In this document: in pieces, positions 38,740 through 50,772 of the stretch | Layout of the letters: each line of letters opens with the position of its first letter | How positions within the stretch are numbered: the stretch's first letter is position 1 | Assembly (NCBI GenBank): GCA_965235115.1 | Contig: OZ249442.1 | Location: 13,888,001-13,952,000 of the forward strand | Direction: 5' to 3' | Length of the DNA stretch: 64,000 nucleotides | Source of the DNA: Laetmonice hystrix | Lineage: Eukaryota | Program-made: the position numbers and the translations under genes | Notes under the pieces: model-generated | Databases searched by the model: none | Seen by the model: the letters and a program-made list of their open reading frames with translations, nothing else | Told to the model about the DNA's origin: nothing

Positions 38740-40029
38740 TGGTGGCAGACGCCAGTTGAAGTGTTCTATACGGGTTACTGATAACCAAAACTCCACAGTA
38801 TAAACATAACAACGGAGGCAGGGTTTGTGAAGGCTGCAGCAGGCGAATTCTGCCAGATGCCGCGAAGTTTCTTTGTCTATGAGCCCCACCCCTCACCCCC
38901 ACCCACACCCCCTACCCTCACCCCACCCCTCCCGGGGTTTCATGGAGATGTACCGTAATCCCGGGAAGCAAACAGAGCGTTCCTTCCCGGCAGACACCTG
39001 CCCCCGTTCCACACCTGTGCATATATTAGTTGACACTGGCAGCGGACCTGCCTGCTGCCAGCGTCCACAATGCGAGACGCGCTCATGTGGAACGTCACGT
39101 TTTCACGGAACCCTTTTTTTGAACCGTCGTCCCCAGAAATGCGCCAAGAACATAACGATATTCTCACAGTCTAGAAACGCCCAGAGTAGACAAAGAATTC
39201 CCACAATGGCACACTAACTCAAGTTAATATTTTCTGAATGAATAACCTGAATGCCTTTTATTAAGTTTCCGTATCCATACCTTGCCCGTATAATTTTACC
39301 ACTCGCGTTAAAAAAAATATTTCTGTTAAAAATACTTGACTAAAAGTTTTAAAAGAATATCTTCCTTTAAATATATCTTTGGTCAAGAGTAAATCCATAA
39401 GAACGTGGTCATGTAAAGTTGTATATAAATTGTATATGAAATAATTGGACCTTTTCAGGGGTGTGACTCATATTATGATTTATTGTATTATCATATATAT
39501 TTAAGTGTACCGCATCGTGACGCTGCACGTTTTGGTACGGTACAGATAAGGTATAGTGTGCTTTGATATGACTAGTAAACACTCAGTCTCACGGTTATCT
39601 TTGGTCTTATTTAACTCCAAACACAGATCTCCAAGAACAGAGATGGGGCCGACCTGCAGGCAAACCTGGGGAAACCTACACTATATTACAAGTGGCGTTT
39701 GCTTGCCCCCATTATTTGCTCTGCCCGGAACTGAAATCTTGGACAGGTGAGGAGCGAACACATTCAATATTAATTCACGCGCAGTGTGTGTATGTCTATA
39801 TGAGCGCGCGTGCATACATTTCGCCGGACGCCGGGGTAAATAGACAGGAATAACGATGGGGGTTATTGTCTCAGTAGTCGCCCCCACCACGCCCGCACCT
39901 GCCCTCGCCACCATAATTCTGGGTGAACCAGCCAACATTCAATGATAACCGCGGCCGACAATGGTAATCAACAATGCTCCATTGGATACGGAGCTGTCTG
40001 CCTAGAACACATGGTGTACTCTCCGTCTG

Positions 40030-40043
40030 CCGCCAGGTGGCAG
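40030..40043 (+). promoter_or_regulatory. CTCF-like motif
   Basis: ccgccaggtggcag, 13/14. Confidence 0.5.
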
Positions 40044-40468
40044 TCAGGTCGGTCCGAATCAACTTGTCGATGGAACCGGTCTTTAACAGGCTAATATTGC
40101 ATGTAACAAGGTTCCTACTCTCTAAACAGGTTATACAATACAATTCTCACAATAAAATAGTCTGTTATAGATATAATACGCCTGAATTCTTGGCTAAATA
40201 GTGAAGTACCCAACGCCTATATTTGTCATCCTAATGCCTGAGACTTGGATGATAAGTAGGAGGATAGAAAAGGGGGATATCAAGAAAAAAGTATTTTGTT
40301 CTAAATGTAAAAATTTTAAATAAACCATGTTTAACTAAATCCTAGGGCTATACTTTAACAATTTTATTTTCCATCTGCACTGTATTTTGATTGTTACATC
40401 TTGTTTGGCGCACTTTTGACTGATGAAATATTATGGGGGGAAATATCAGATAACATGAAGAAACAATT

Positions 40469-41176
40469 ATGGCAACCGAGTTGAAGTTTGCTCGGTATAT
40501 AAGACTACGATATCATAATAACCATGGGAATAGAGTTGAAGTTTGCTCGGTATACATGAATACGATGTCATAATAACCATGGGAACCGAGTTGGAGTTGC
40601 TCGGTACAGGAATACGATGTCATAATAACCATGGGGACCGAGTTAAAGTTTGCTCGGTATACATGAATACGATGTCATAAACGATGGGAACCGAGTTGAA
40701 GTTTGCTCGGTATACATGAATACGATGTCATAATAACCATGGGAACCGATTTGAAGTTTTCTCGGTATACATGAATACGATGTCATAATAACCATGGGAA
40801 CCGAGTTGGAGTTGCTCGGTACAGGAATACGATGTCATAATAACCATGGAGACCGAGTTGAAGTTTGCTCGGTATACATGAATACGATGTCATAATAACC
40901 ATGGGAACCGATTTGAAGTTTTCTCGGTATACATGAATACGATGTCATAATAACCATGGGAAGCGAGTTGAAGTTTTCTCGGTACAGGAATACGATGTCA
41001 TAATAACGATAGGAACCTAGTTGAAGTTTGCTCGGTATACATGAATACGATGTTATAATAACCATGGGAACCGAGTTAAAGTTTGCTCGGTATACATGAA
41101 TACGATGTCATAATAACCATGGGAAGCGAGTTAAAGTTTTCTCGGTATACATGAATACGATGTTATAATAACCATG
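40469..41176. repeat. Minisatellite, about 55-bp unit, about 13 copies
   Basis: Unit atgggaaccgagttgaagtttgctcggtatacatgaatacgatgtcataataacc. Confidence 0.96.
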
Positions 41177-42887
41177 TGAAAGCTTGCCGTGCCGAACCAT
41201 AGACATTCCCGCCAGGATTCCACCAGTGTTGCTGCATCCTCCCCGCCTCAGGTGGCCAGATTGAGGTGACTTTCTCTGATAATGACACCAGACGCGTGCG
41301 GCCAAGTGATGCTGTTTCTAGGAGATTGACATCGGTAAGGATGGAGGGCAGACTTGACACGGCGTCCAGTTTGATGACGCGGCAGGTGAAGACCGCAGCC
41401 TCGAAATGTCACGGAAATCCGAGAAGAACTGGCGGCCGGTGGGGGGTGTGGAGGTATGAGGGGAGGCAGATGAAACTGGCGAATGCAGGGGGGATGAGGC
41501 TGCTGGCCCGCCGGTCACGTCAGTACATCATCTGCCTCTCCCTCCCCACCCTCCGCCACGCACGAGCGGGCACGTGCGCGTCGCCGCCACGCGCGCCCGT
41601 CACAATGGGTACCGTCTCGCATGAGTAGCGCCATCCCGACACACAACAATGGCCATGCAGTGCTGCAAGTGGACAAATGGTGGGGGCGCATAGCTGGGGC
41701 GTCGCATGCTTTGACATGAAGGGAAGGAGGGGAGGGGCGTGGGGCTTCTAGGGGCATGCGATTCACGACCTTATCAACAGATGGCATTCCGGCCAGGTGC
41801 AATTGCTACCCCGCTCGGATGGCGGGCGGGGTGGGGTGGGGTGGGGTGGGGTGGCCGGCCGCTGTCTCATAAAGTCCCGTTGTTTCGCTTAATTCATGCC
41901 GTGTCAACTATCTACCGTTAGCCGGCATTGTCTCGCACCACCCCCATCCCGTCACGCATGGATGCCGGCCTTTCACCCTGCCCCACCCCAGCACCCCTCC
42001 AGGGTCATGATAGCTATACGATATATAATACCCCACGCTGACTCCTTGATTTTTCCTGGAAGATAATGTGCTTGTCTACACATTATAAGGGTGCATCCTC
42101 GCTGAATGTGGTCGCGTGGCTATAGTAGGGGTTAGACGTGGGGAGTCGGGAGGAGGAAGGGGCAGCTGAGGATAAAGAGATGCCACCCTACCCCAGGCCA
42201 GGGGAAAGGTTAGTAACCCTACTCCCTCCTCCCTCACTCAGCATCAGCCACCCGACACCTGAGACAAAAGATGCTGATGCTGATGTCAGGTGTGCTCATT
42301 GCCAGCCAGGTGGAATATTTAAGTGCCACGTGCCACCAGCCAACCCCTCCCCCTCCCTGTACCCCCGCCCCCTATTTCCCCCTACGGCCAATCTTCCCGT
42401 GTCAAACTATTTCCCTAAACAACCATAAATAACGCCACTCTGATGGACGCCTTCGCGTTTCAAGATAAAGTCGGTGATTATATGCGTTTACAAACCTATA
42501 ATGTAGAGTGGTACTTTCAAAGAACAGCGAGAGAGTATACACTGAACATTTACTGTTGCTGCTGCCAAACCCATACAGCCCGCAAAATGTAATGATTCTT
42601 TGCATGGATGAAGGATGGGGAAAAGTAAGGGATGGATGTGAAGACAATAATTATTGAAAAGTAAATGTTCAGAAAAAAGTTTGGGATAATGAAAGCTACA
42701 GGGTATTTAGGGAGGATAATGGGGGGGGGCGAAAGAAATTAATCACAATTAGGCATTTAGAGTCTATACCGCCAAACGTTCGACCTATATAGGGTGGGTT
42801 CTTGCCGTTTTGACGCTCTCTGCTAAACATTTATACAATATCATATAGCGAAGTGATGCAAATAGACGGAGTTCATATATTTGATCG

Positions 42888-42893
42888 TTTATT
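42888..42893 (-). terminator. Candidate polyadenylation signal of snail-b (AATAAA)
   Basis: First AATAAA I found on the minus strand after the stop (about 720 nt), in AT-rich context. Confidence 0.4.
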
Positions 42894-43377
42894 TTACATA
42901 TTAACATAAAACAAAGATGGTTTCTGTATTGTCCATATTGAGCGATAAGAGCCTAGTTTTATATATAAGTGTTTGCGACTGTGGGAGTGTTATGTATAAA
43001 TAATTTAAGTATTTGGGTGTGCGTGTTGCAGGTGTATGTATGTATTATGTACAGGTTTATGTTTGGTATTATGTTTAACAAATTTCTCAACATTACATAA
43101 TATGGACAATACTGGAAGGTTCACTTTGGTCCGTCTTCACGGGTGAATTAACACTTTCTCTATCTCTCTGGACTAATAATGTGTCCAAGGTCTATCTATG
43201 CTCTGATCATGACTAATTAACACTTAGAAATAAAGCACCGGGAACATGGCACGTTCTCCCCTATTCACCAATATCTAAGGATTAACAAGTCTTCTAACAT
43301 TATAAATAACACTAACATATTGGCAAAGGTACGTCACTATTCAGTCCACGCGATTACCATGGAAGTTCTCGAAGTCC

Positions 43378-43391
43378 GCGCTAGGTGGCGT
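43378..43391 (+). promoter_or_regulatory. CTCF-like motif in snail-b 3' UTR region
   Basis: gcgctaggtggcgt, 11/14 with intact core. Confidence 0.45.
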
Positions 43392-43615
43392 GGTGTAACC
43401 TTGCACAATGAAGAGATCACTGGTGACTGTGTAACGGGTCGCAGAATGACTTCTCAGTGTTCTGAAGTGTGCAACCGTATAACAGCTAACTACATATAGT
43501 TGCCATCACTATAGTACCATAAAGTTAATGAGATCATTTTAGATTATGAATATTTCCTCTGTTTACTTCACCTCCTTAATGGGGCCGAACAGTGTCTGCC
43601 TACGGCCATGGAAGT

Positions 43616-45015
43616 TCATAGACATGATCCACAACCTCCATCTTCGTGTTTCAGTAAGAGAGACATTCGAGAGAAAGACTTTGAACAGTTTCGACAATTA
43701 TATTTTTTAATGTCTGTGTGTGTCTGAAGGTGAGCGCGCAGGTTGGAGCGGTCAGCAAACGATCGTCCACAGTGAGCACACTGGAAAGGTTTCTCGCCTG
43801 TGTGCGTACGTATGTGACCTTGGAGTAACCAAGGTCGTGAGAAGGCCTTGCCGCACAATTGACATTTGCACGGCAACGTGTGCGTGCGGATGTGCATCTT
43901 GAGCGCGCCCAGGCTCACGTACGTCTTATCACAATACTTGCAGGTAAACTCCTTTTTGATGGTGGACGTGCAGTGAAACTGCTTGTGCTTGGAAAGTCCG
44001 CTGAAAGTCGCGTAGCTTTTACCACAAGCCTCGCATTGATATCTCGGAGGGTCGCTGTCGCGTCTTTTCTTTGGCATCACGTCCTTGAGGTCGTTCATGT
44101 CCAGCGGGACGTTTTCGATCCCCCAGGGGATCTTTGGTTTCACACGCTCCTCTGGGGCCGCATTGTCTTTCCACGGCTTCAGGTTTTGTTCTTTGATGGT
44201 CGTTATGTTGAGAGGCGCAGGCTGGATTCCCTGCATCTGCGAGTAGATGGAGTACTGGATGTCGGCTGCGCCGCGGGCGTAGTCGGCCTGTAGGGGGCGT
44301 TTTTCACTGAGAGCGACACCTGGCGTGCAGTTTTGCGCGGGATGTCTCTCGCTAAGCGACACTGGGAACCTTGACGGAGGCCCGGCGGGATAGCTCGATG
44401 ACGTCACGGATGACGTTGATGACGAGTCGGTAGACGCCAGGGGGAGTGACGTCAGGTGAGGAGGGAGCCTGGAGGGATGCTGAGGGAGGAGATCAAAGGA
44501 TGGGACGTGTCGGTGAGAGGAGGAGGGGGAGGAGGAGGACACCGCCGGTCGATCCCTTGACTTGGACTCGTAGTCGAGGACAGGTGGCGGTCTTGGCACC
44601 CTGTCGGATCCAGCGAGGCCGAGCCGGTGGTGGTAGGACGGTGGACTGGGCGGGAGGCGAGGGTAACACCGTGGGTATGGCTCGTCCCGGTGAGGGGCCC
44701 AGATCCTCGGAGTCTGGTAACTACACCGTCCCGGGCTGAGCCGGTCCCTGCAGGTATCAGCAACCACTGCCCGGCAAACCTCATCCAAGTGGCCGGTCGT
44801 GTAGAGGTGGTGGGCGGTGGGGAAGAGCCGGTGAGTGGGGCCAGCGGCCGCCGGGGAGCGGGCCACTAGGAGCCGGTCGGGCTCGCTCCCAGGGTCCGGT
44901 GATATCTGCCCCAAGGGATGCGCCTTTGTGAGCGGCCCGACGGGCACCGATCCTTGGGGCGGGGTCCTTTCGGCCAGGTAGGCGACGTACCGTTCCTTTG
45001 TCTCAAGTGGCACAC
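43616..45015 (-). CDS. snail: Snail-family C2H2 zinc-finger transcription factor, paralog b, exon 2
   Basis: ORF ends [25 protein letters not shown]...[15 protein letters not shown]. Acceptor cttttgttgtttccccag|GT at 45016/45015. TGA stop at 43618-43616. Confidence 0.96.
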
Positions 45016-47382
45016 CTGGGGAAACAACAAAAGAAAGACAATACAGGAGCGGTTAATCAAAGGACACTTGATGAAGGAGGCCACAACCACTGCAGTCTGT
45101 GTGACAACAACCTGTTGGGAAGTTTGGACATCAAAGGCCAATTATCTCCTTGCTTTTACGAGTATATACGTGGGAATATCTCAAGGTGCGTTTCTTAAGG
45201 CGAAAAATGATTAAAGTACACTGAAACGTTGCCGATGGATATGTGACCCCAAGTTCAATGTCAATATTCTTCTACTTTAATTGGGCTGTAAATAGTCCGA
45301 ATCTCAACCAAGCGACAGGTCACAGTGATAAAATATGGCGGGCCTCTCATTTAGACCTTCAATGAAAGTCAAACGGGTTAAATTAAATTTGTCAGGGAAG
45401 ACTGCGACACAAGATGTGTTGAATGTCGGTTTGGGGAAATATACCCGCGGTCAAAGCCTGGCATGTTTATCAAATAGCCACTTGATTGTGGTGATTTGAG
45501 GGCATGACGGGCAGGTATGAATAGCAACACGCTCGATGGTGAGCTAGGTTATTCATGGTCAGTTTATCAGGTATTATTGAGGGCGGGCGGTGTGGGTGCC
45601 CGCACCCGCCTGGCTGCCTGGCGTTGACAGGGTACTGTGGCCACCGCATGGTGACTGTCCACTGCCCAGTGAGGGATGAGTGTTATACCTGGCACACAGC
45701 AAGGCCAGGTGGGGGTCCCACTGCTGGACCCCTACCACCACCCGCCCCCACCCCGCCACAGCCTCTAACACCTGAATGCAAATTAAGGGCGCGACCGGAC
45801 CAAGGAAGTGGGGGTGGTAGAGAGATTGGGGGTGGGGTATAGGGGTTGAGGGGTTGAACCCCTTACAGACAGGCTCATCTATACACCCCCATTGATCATG
45901 TAGACCGACTCCAGCGCCCTCTCACGACCATACACAAGTCATCATCCACCACTGACTCCCTCTCTGCCCACAACCTCAGCCATGTCCTGTCGACTATTCT
46001 CCCAGCCAGCACAAAGGATTCATGGCGTCAAGTTCTGCATGACTATGTGGCTCTACAAGAACCGTGGCCATGAAGGGTCAGCTTCCCTCTCCTCCTATGT
46101 TAAACCTCCTCACTGGTTGACAAGGTGAGAGGTTACAAACACACACGTATTTCGTTTGGTAGTTTTCTGTGGCGAGTAATGACTTGTAGCTGTGATTAAT
46201 TGACTATGGTATCAGCCCTGATTGCTGCCAGCCTCAGGTGTCCGGACCCCTGCAGTGACAGAGTGGGGTAGGGTCGACCAGGGAACCCCCTCGCCAGCCA
46301 TCCGTGGAGACACGAGGAGGGTATTATGATAGGACAGTGACACTCCCTCACAATAAACTCCTCCGTTATATTCTCATGTTACTATAGGCCTGAATCAAAG
46401 CGAATGGGGATCTTATACAAGAGATATTTATACAGTATACGGGCCTACTGCATGCATGGCAGTGCCAGTGTTGTGGTATGGCATTAGGTCCATGTACTCA
46501 ATTAGGTCTTTTCAAGATAAAGAACACCGTGTCTGACCATCATATACCACTTGAAATTGACTGTTTATGTTTGCACAACCTATGCTGGTTTATCACGTTG
46601 AATTCTGACGTCAACCATAACAATCTGTAGGCCGAGAGCAGAGCCCAACTCTAGAGCACCTATAATGTTGATAAGTTACCTGACGAACGAGATAAATAGG
46701 GCCTAATCCTCGCTTGAACATTTTGTAGTTTATGATGGTGCCGTGACCGTGTTGAGGGCACGTATCCATCCAGGCCTGTATGCCCTCCGCCTATATACGT
46801 ATCATACGTCATACGTCGGTCACGCACCGTGAGAGGGCGCGACGCGAGTCGGGCGCACGCGGGTCACGTGAGTTGTCCAGAGGGCTGACCCCACTGAGAT
46901 CGAAGATGGCTGCCGCAGAGCGACACGGGCGGACGGTGGTCAGTGGCCCGGGGCACTCACACCATCAGGTTAGAACTCTGGGACGCTGCAGGGGTCACGC
47001 CAGCACGCGACCAACACTAGCTGTTATGTCTCATTCACAGATTTACATACGCCTACATAATCATTCTTTCATTCTTTCACCATGTCTGAAAGTTCACACT
47101 CCAGCCCATGTCAAGCAGGCCTACATGATGTAGACTATTCTGTATCTTTTCCTTGTCATGGACCTGTAGACTAGCTCAATTTACTATACCAACTGCCTTT
47201 CACTAGTACGAAATATAAGGCACACTGTCATGACCTTTATAATTATTTATATATAATATCATAATGAATATTAGATTATTATCAAGCTAATAAACATGCA
47301 GTGTCAAATATTGCACATTTTTCATAGACTATTTCGTCCGGTAGTCTTGGTGGAACGCAGGACCGTGCATGCGTCGGCGTCG

Positions 47383-47888
47383 ACCTTTGGGTCCCTGCCT
47401 TTCTATCCCTGTATTTCTGATACCTTTGGGTCCCTGCCTTTCTATCCCTGTATTTCTGATACCTTTGGGTCCCTGCCTTTCTATCCCTGTATCTCTGATA
47501 CCTTTGGGTCCCTGCCTTTCTATCCCTGTATTTCTGATACCTTTGGGTCCTTGCCTTTCTATCCCTGTATTTCTGATACCTTTGGGTCCTTGCCTTTCTA
47601 TCCCTGTATTTCTGATACCTTTGGGTCCTTGCCTTTCTATCCCTGTATTTCTGATACATTCGGGTCCTTGCCTTTCTATCCCTGTATTTCTGATACCTTC
47701 GGGTCCTTGCCTTTCTATCCCTGTATTTCTGATACCTTTGGGTCCTTGCCTTTCTATCCCTGTATTTCTGATACCTTTGGGTCCTTGCCTTTCTATCCCT
47801 GTATTTCTGATACCTTTGGGTCCTTGCCTTTCTATCCCTGTATTTCTGATACCTTTGGGTCCTTGCCTTTCTATCCCTGATTTCTGAT
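47383..47888. repeat. Intronic minisatellite, 39-bp unit, about 13 copies
   Basis: Unit acctttgggtc(c/t)tgcctttctatccctgtatttctgat. Confidence 0.97.
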
Positions 47889-48129
47889 ATTTATAATTGT
47901 ACGCCTGTTCATTGGAAGTAATTAAAGTTAAATGTTAAATTATTATATTAATGGTAAAGACCTAACTCGGCAGCTGCTTGAGACCATTACCTGTACGGGT
48001 CAGACGGGTGTGTGTGTACCTGAAGACATGTACACGTGAGCGCGATGTCAGACCTCAAAAGTTGAAAAGAAATGCGACTATTTTATCAATCTATATGTGC
48101 GTGTGCGCGTTATCCCAGTTTTCCAACCT

Positions 48130-48270
48130 GTATACGACTGGTGATGGCGGTGTCTGTCTCCGAAGGTCGAAACCACCTTCTTTCATATGAGAAGGTAATG
48201 AGAAGTATAGACCTGCTTTCCTCAGGTCAGTGGGGTTTTCCGGGGACACCGGTTTCCCCCCAACATTTGT
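48130..48270 (+). mobile_element. Degenerate SINE with V/Meta-like conserved core
   Basis: caggtcagtggggttttccggggacaccggtttcccccc resembles the GGTTTTCTCCGGGTACTCCGGTTTCCTCC core (recalled) of V/Meta-type SINEs; B-box-like ggtcgaaacc upstream. Confidence 0.4.
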
Positions 48271-48370
48271 CCAACTCGTCCATACAATTATTTTTATTTA
48301 TAATATCAAATTTTAACCTTTTGATCTGATTTTCACGTGTGGGCGTGTATAAAGGATTGTGTGAACCTAC

Positions 48371-48596
48371 CTGCTGATCGAGGCCGTCCGATGTCTGTGG
48401 TGGGACAGCAGCCTGCAGGGAGAGTCGGGTCGATGGCCGGTGATGGTGGGGACAATGAACGGGACTTACACGGCCCCACCTCCCCACACACCCCGGCGGC
48501 CACCCCCACACCGGGACCAGCGGCGGCGGCGGCCGGTGGCGGCGGCAGCATCCCACGCTTGGCACCACGTTTCTTCACTAAAAACGCACGAGGCAT
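48371..48596 (-). CDS. snail: Snail paralog b, exon 1 (SNAG domain)
   Basis: Starts MPRAFLVKKR. Donor GCAG|gtaggt after 75 codons + 1 nt (phase 1) joins exon 2 in frame, giving 541 aa. Confidence 0.93.
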
Positions 48597-49016
48597 CCTG
48601 GGTAGCCGATATATTTGAGTTCAGTGTTGAAAGTACATATAACTGATCCCGAGGTGTTGCGTGAAGCGGACTGTGTTGACCGGGCACGTATAGTATAATC
48701 TTTGCTAACACTCGAGTGATGGATCAGCTTGGATCAGGAGATACCCAGGAGATAGGATGATCCACACTGGTGGCCGACTGATCCTCCAACTGTACTGTCA
48801 CATCAGAGATCCTATAGTTGGGTCACCATGCAGTGGGTGGGGGAGGGGGCAGGGATGCTGGTCAGATGGCGGTCAGTCAGTCAGTTAGTCACTGGCCGCT
48901 AGAAGATGGGACCGTCCAGGTGGTGCTACCATTCGGCCCACCACCGAGTTCGTATACGGTCACAGGTTGTAGTATAGACCAGCATCCGGTCACATGTAAG
49001 CGCTCTCTCTGTCTAT

Positions 49017-49330
49017 GTCCAAGTACAATGTCTAGGTAGGAGGTGTGTGGGTGGGTGGTTGGTCCTGTGGATCCCAAACGTCCGAGTACAATGTCTAGGT
49101 AGGAGGTGTGTGGGTGGGTGGTTGGTCCTGTGGATCCCAAACGTCCGAGTACAATGTCTAGGTAGGAGGTGTGTGGGTGGGTGGTTGGTCCTGTGGATCC
49201 CAAACGTCCGAGTACAATGTCTAGGTAGGAGGTGTGTGGGTGGGTGGTCCTGTGGATCCCAAACGTCCGGGTACAATGTCTAGGTAGGAGGTGTGTGTGT
49301 GGGTGGTTGGTCCTGTGGATCCCAAACGTC
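49017..49330. repeat. Minisatellite, 63-bp unit, about 5 copies, just upstream of snail-b
   Basis: Unit gtccgagtacaatgtctaggtaggaggtgtgtgggtgggtggttggtcctgtggatcccaaac. Confidence 0.96.
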
Positions 49331-49678
49331 AACGCGGTGCCCTGTATATGTAACAGGTTTCACTTGATGTATGTACACCCACATGAACTCTCACCGTCTG
49401 CCCGCGTGTAGACTCCACTTTGATGTAACATGGAACCACCATTTACGGACATCTCACCATATCCCAGATCTGCGTAGTGTAACCCCGGCATGGATATACC
49501 TGTTGTGTATCCTGGATACAACTGGTGCCTCCTTTGTTAGAGTCCGGACTGCTGAAGGTGGACAGACCGGAGTGATGTGGTGATGTGTGGGATGTGATCC
49601 GGTCCGGAGTCTGCTGCAGTATCACCAACTCTCCCGGTCACCATACTGTCCCAACGCGGGCGTTATGTGACCACTCTG

Positions 49679-49692
49679 GCGCCACCTAGCGA
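49679..49692 (-). promoter_or_regulatory. CTCF-like motif upstream of snail-b
   Basis: tcgctaggtggcgc on minus strand, 12/14. Confidence 0.5.
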
Positions 49693-50224
49693 TCATGTAG
49701 TAAGGCCTGTCCAAAAATTACAACAGCCCCGAATCGTTCCGTGGTGTCGTTCGGTTCCGTGAAGTTGGCAAAGTCCGAGTGTTGAACTGATCCGATACAG
49801 AATATAAATACTGAAACAACGGGCTAGAAAGCTTGTCGAATTAACGTTATTCTGTATGACGTAATTTCTGCTCGTGTCAAATCCAGGTGTGTTTTTGGGG
49901 CCGTGTTTTCAGGTATGTGCAACAAGAACTATCTGCGTTGATTCAAACACAGTTGTGTCGTGGTAGCTACGACGTTGTTTTCAACACTGATTTTCCTCTG
50001 GCGATTTACCCATTCTTCACCAATACCGGGAACCGTTCATGCAATCTGGCGTTTCACCTCCTAGAAATGTCCCCAACCGACCAATCAGCGATCGCCTTAC
50101 AACCCTGTAATCGGCAGATGTTCACTCAAGCGTGCAGTCACCCCCGTTGTTGTGTGACACGCATTGTTTCGCGTCGCCGATTCGCAGATGGGGGATCGGC
50201 AAGCATCAGACTGCTGCAAGCTCC

Positions 50225-50285
50225 CCTCCACCCCCTCCCATACCCCCTCCCACCCCCACCCCCACCCCCACCCCCACCCCACTAC
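50225..50285. repeat. (CCCCCA)n tract
   Basis: Direct reading; G-runs on the minus strand. Confidence 0.85.
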
Positions 50286-50624
50286 CACCATCCGCACCAA
50301 ACAAATGACTGACACTTGCAAGAACAACGGAATCTAATAACATTTGATGCCCGGTCCGAACACTAGGGGGCAGGTGGAGGTTGACGAGTAGGCCCCTATA
50401 CTGTAGGTCCTACAGTCGACGCGCATTCCTAGAAACTTTGTGCACCTGGCGGCCGACAGCTTTTGTCTTTGGAAACGTTCAGCGGACGCTGCAAGTCTTG
50501 ACATGGGGGCCTGCATGCATGCAAGCCAATATTGGCTTACATTACAACACATTGATTTTGGGGATGGACTGCATAATAGATTAAATACATAAGACAATTC
50601 TTATCGGTGACAAAAACACTTTAG

Positions 50625-50772
50625 NNNNNNNNNNNNNNNNNNNNNNNNNNNNNNNNNNNNNNNNNNNNNNNNNNNNNNNNNNNNNNNNNNNNNNNNNNNN
50701 NNNNNNNNNNNNNNNNNNNNNNNNNNNNNNNNNNNNNNNNNNNNNNNNNNNNNNNNNNNNNNNNNNNNNNNN
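50625..50772. other. Assembly gap (148 N)
   Basis: Run of N. Confidence 1.

Larger units (their letters stand above)
45016..48370 (-). other. Phase-1 GT-AG intron of snail-b (3355 bp)
   Basis: Canonical splice sites, same phase as the snail-a intron. Confidence 0.88.

Noticed and set aside
40469-41176. CRISPR-like array with hairpin repeats
   Set aside because: No unique spacers, no cas genes, eukaryotic context.
41163-41802. Third Snail copy or pseudogene
   Set aside because: No SNAG or zinc-finger similarity in the frames I translated; frames are interrupted by stops.
47282-47887. Repetitive ORFs (e.g. TQRYQKYRDRKA repeats)
   Set aside because: 39-bp intronic minisatellite; frame is kept only because 39 is divisible by 3.
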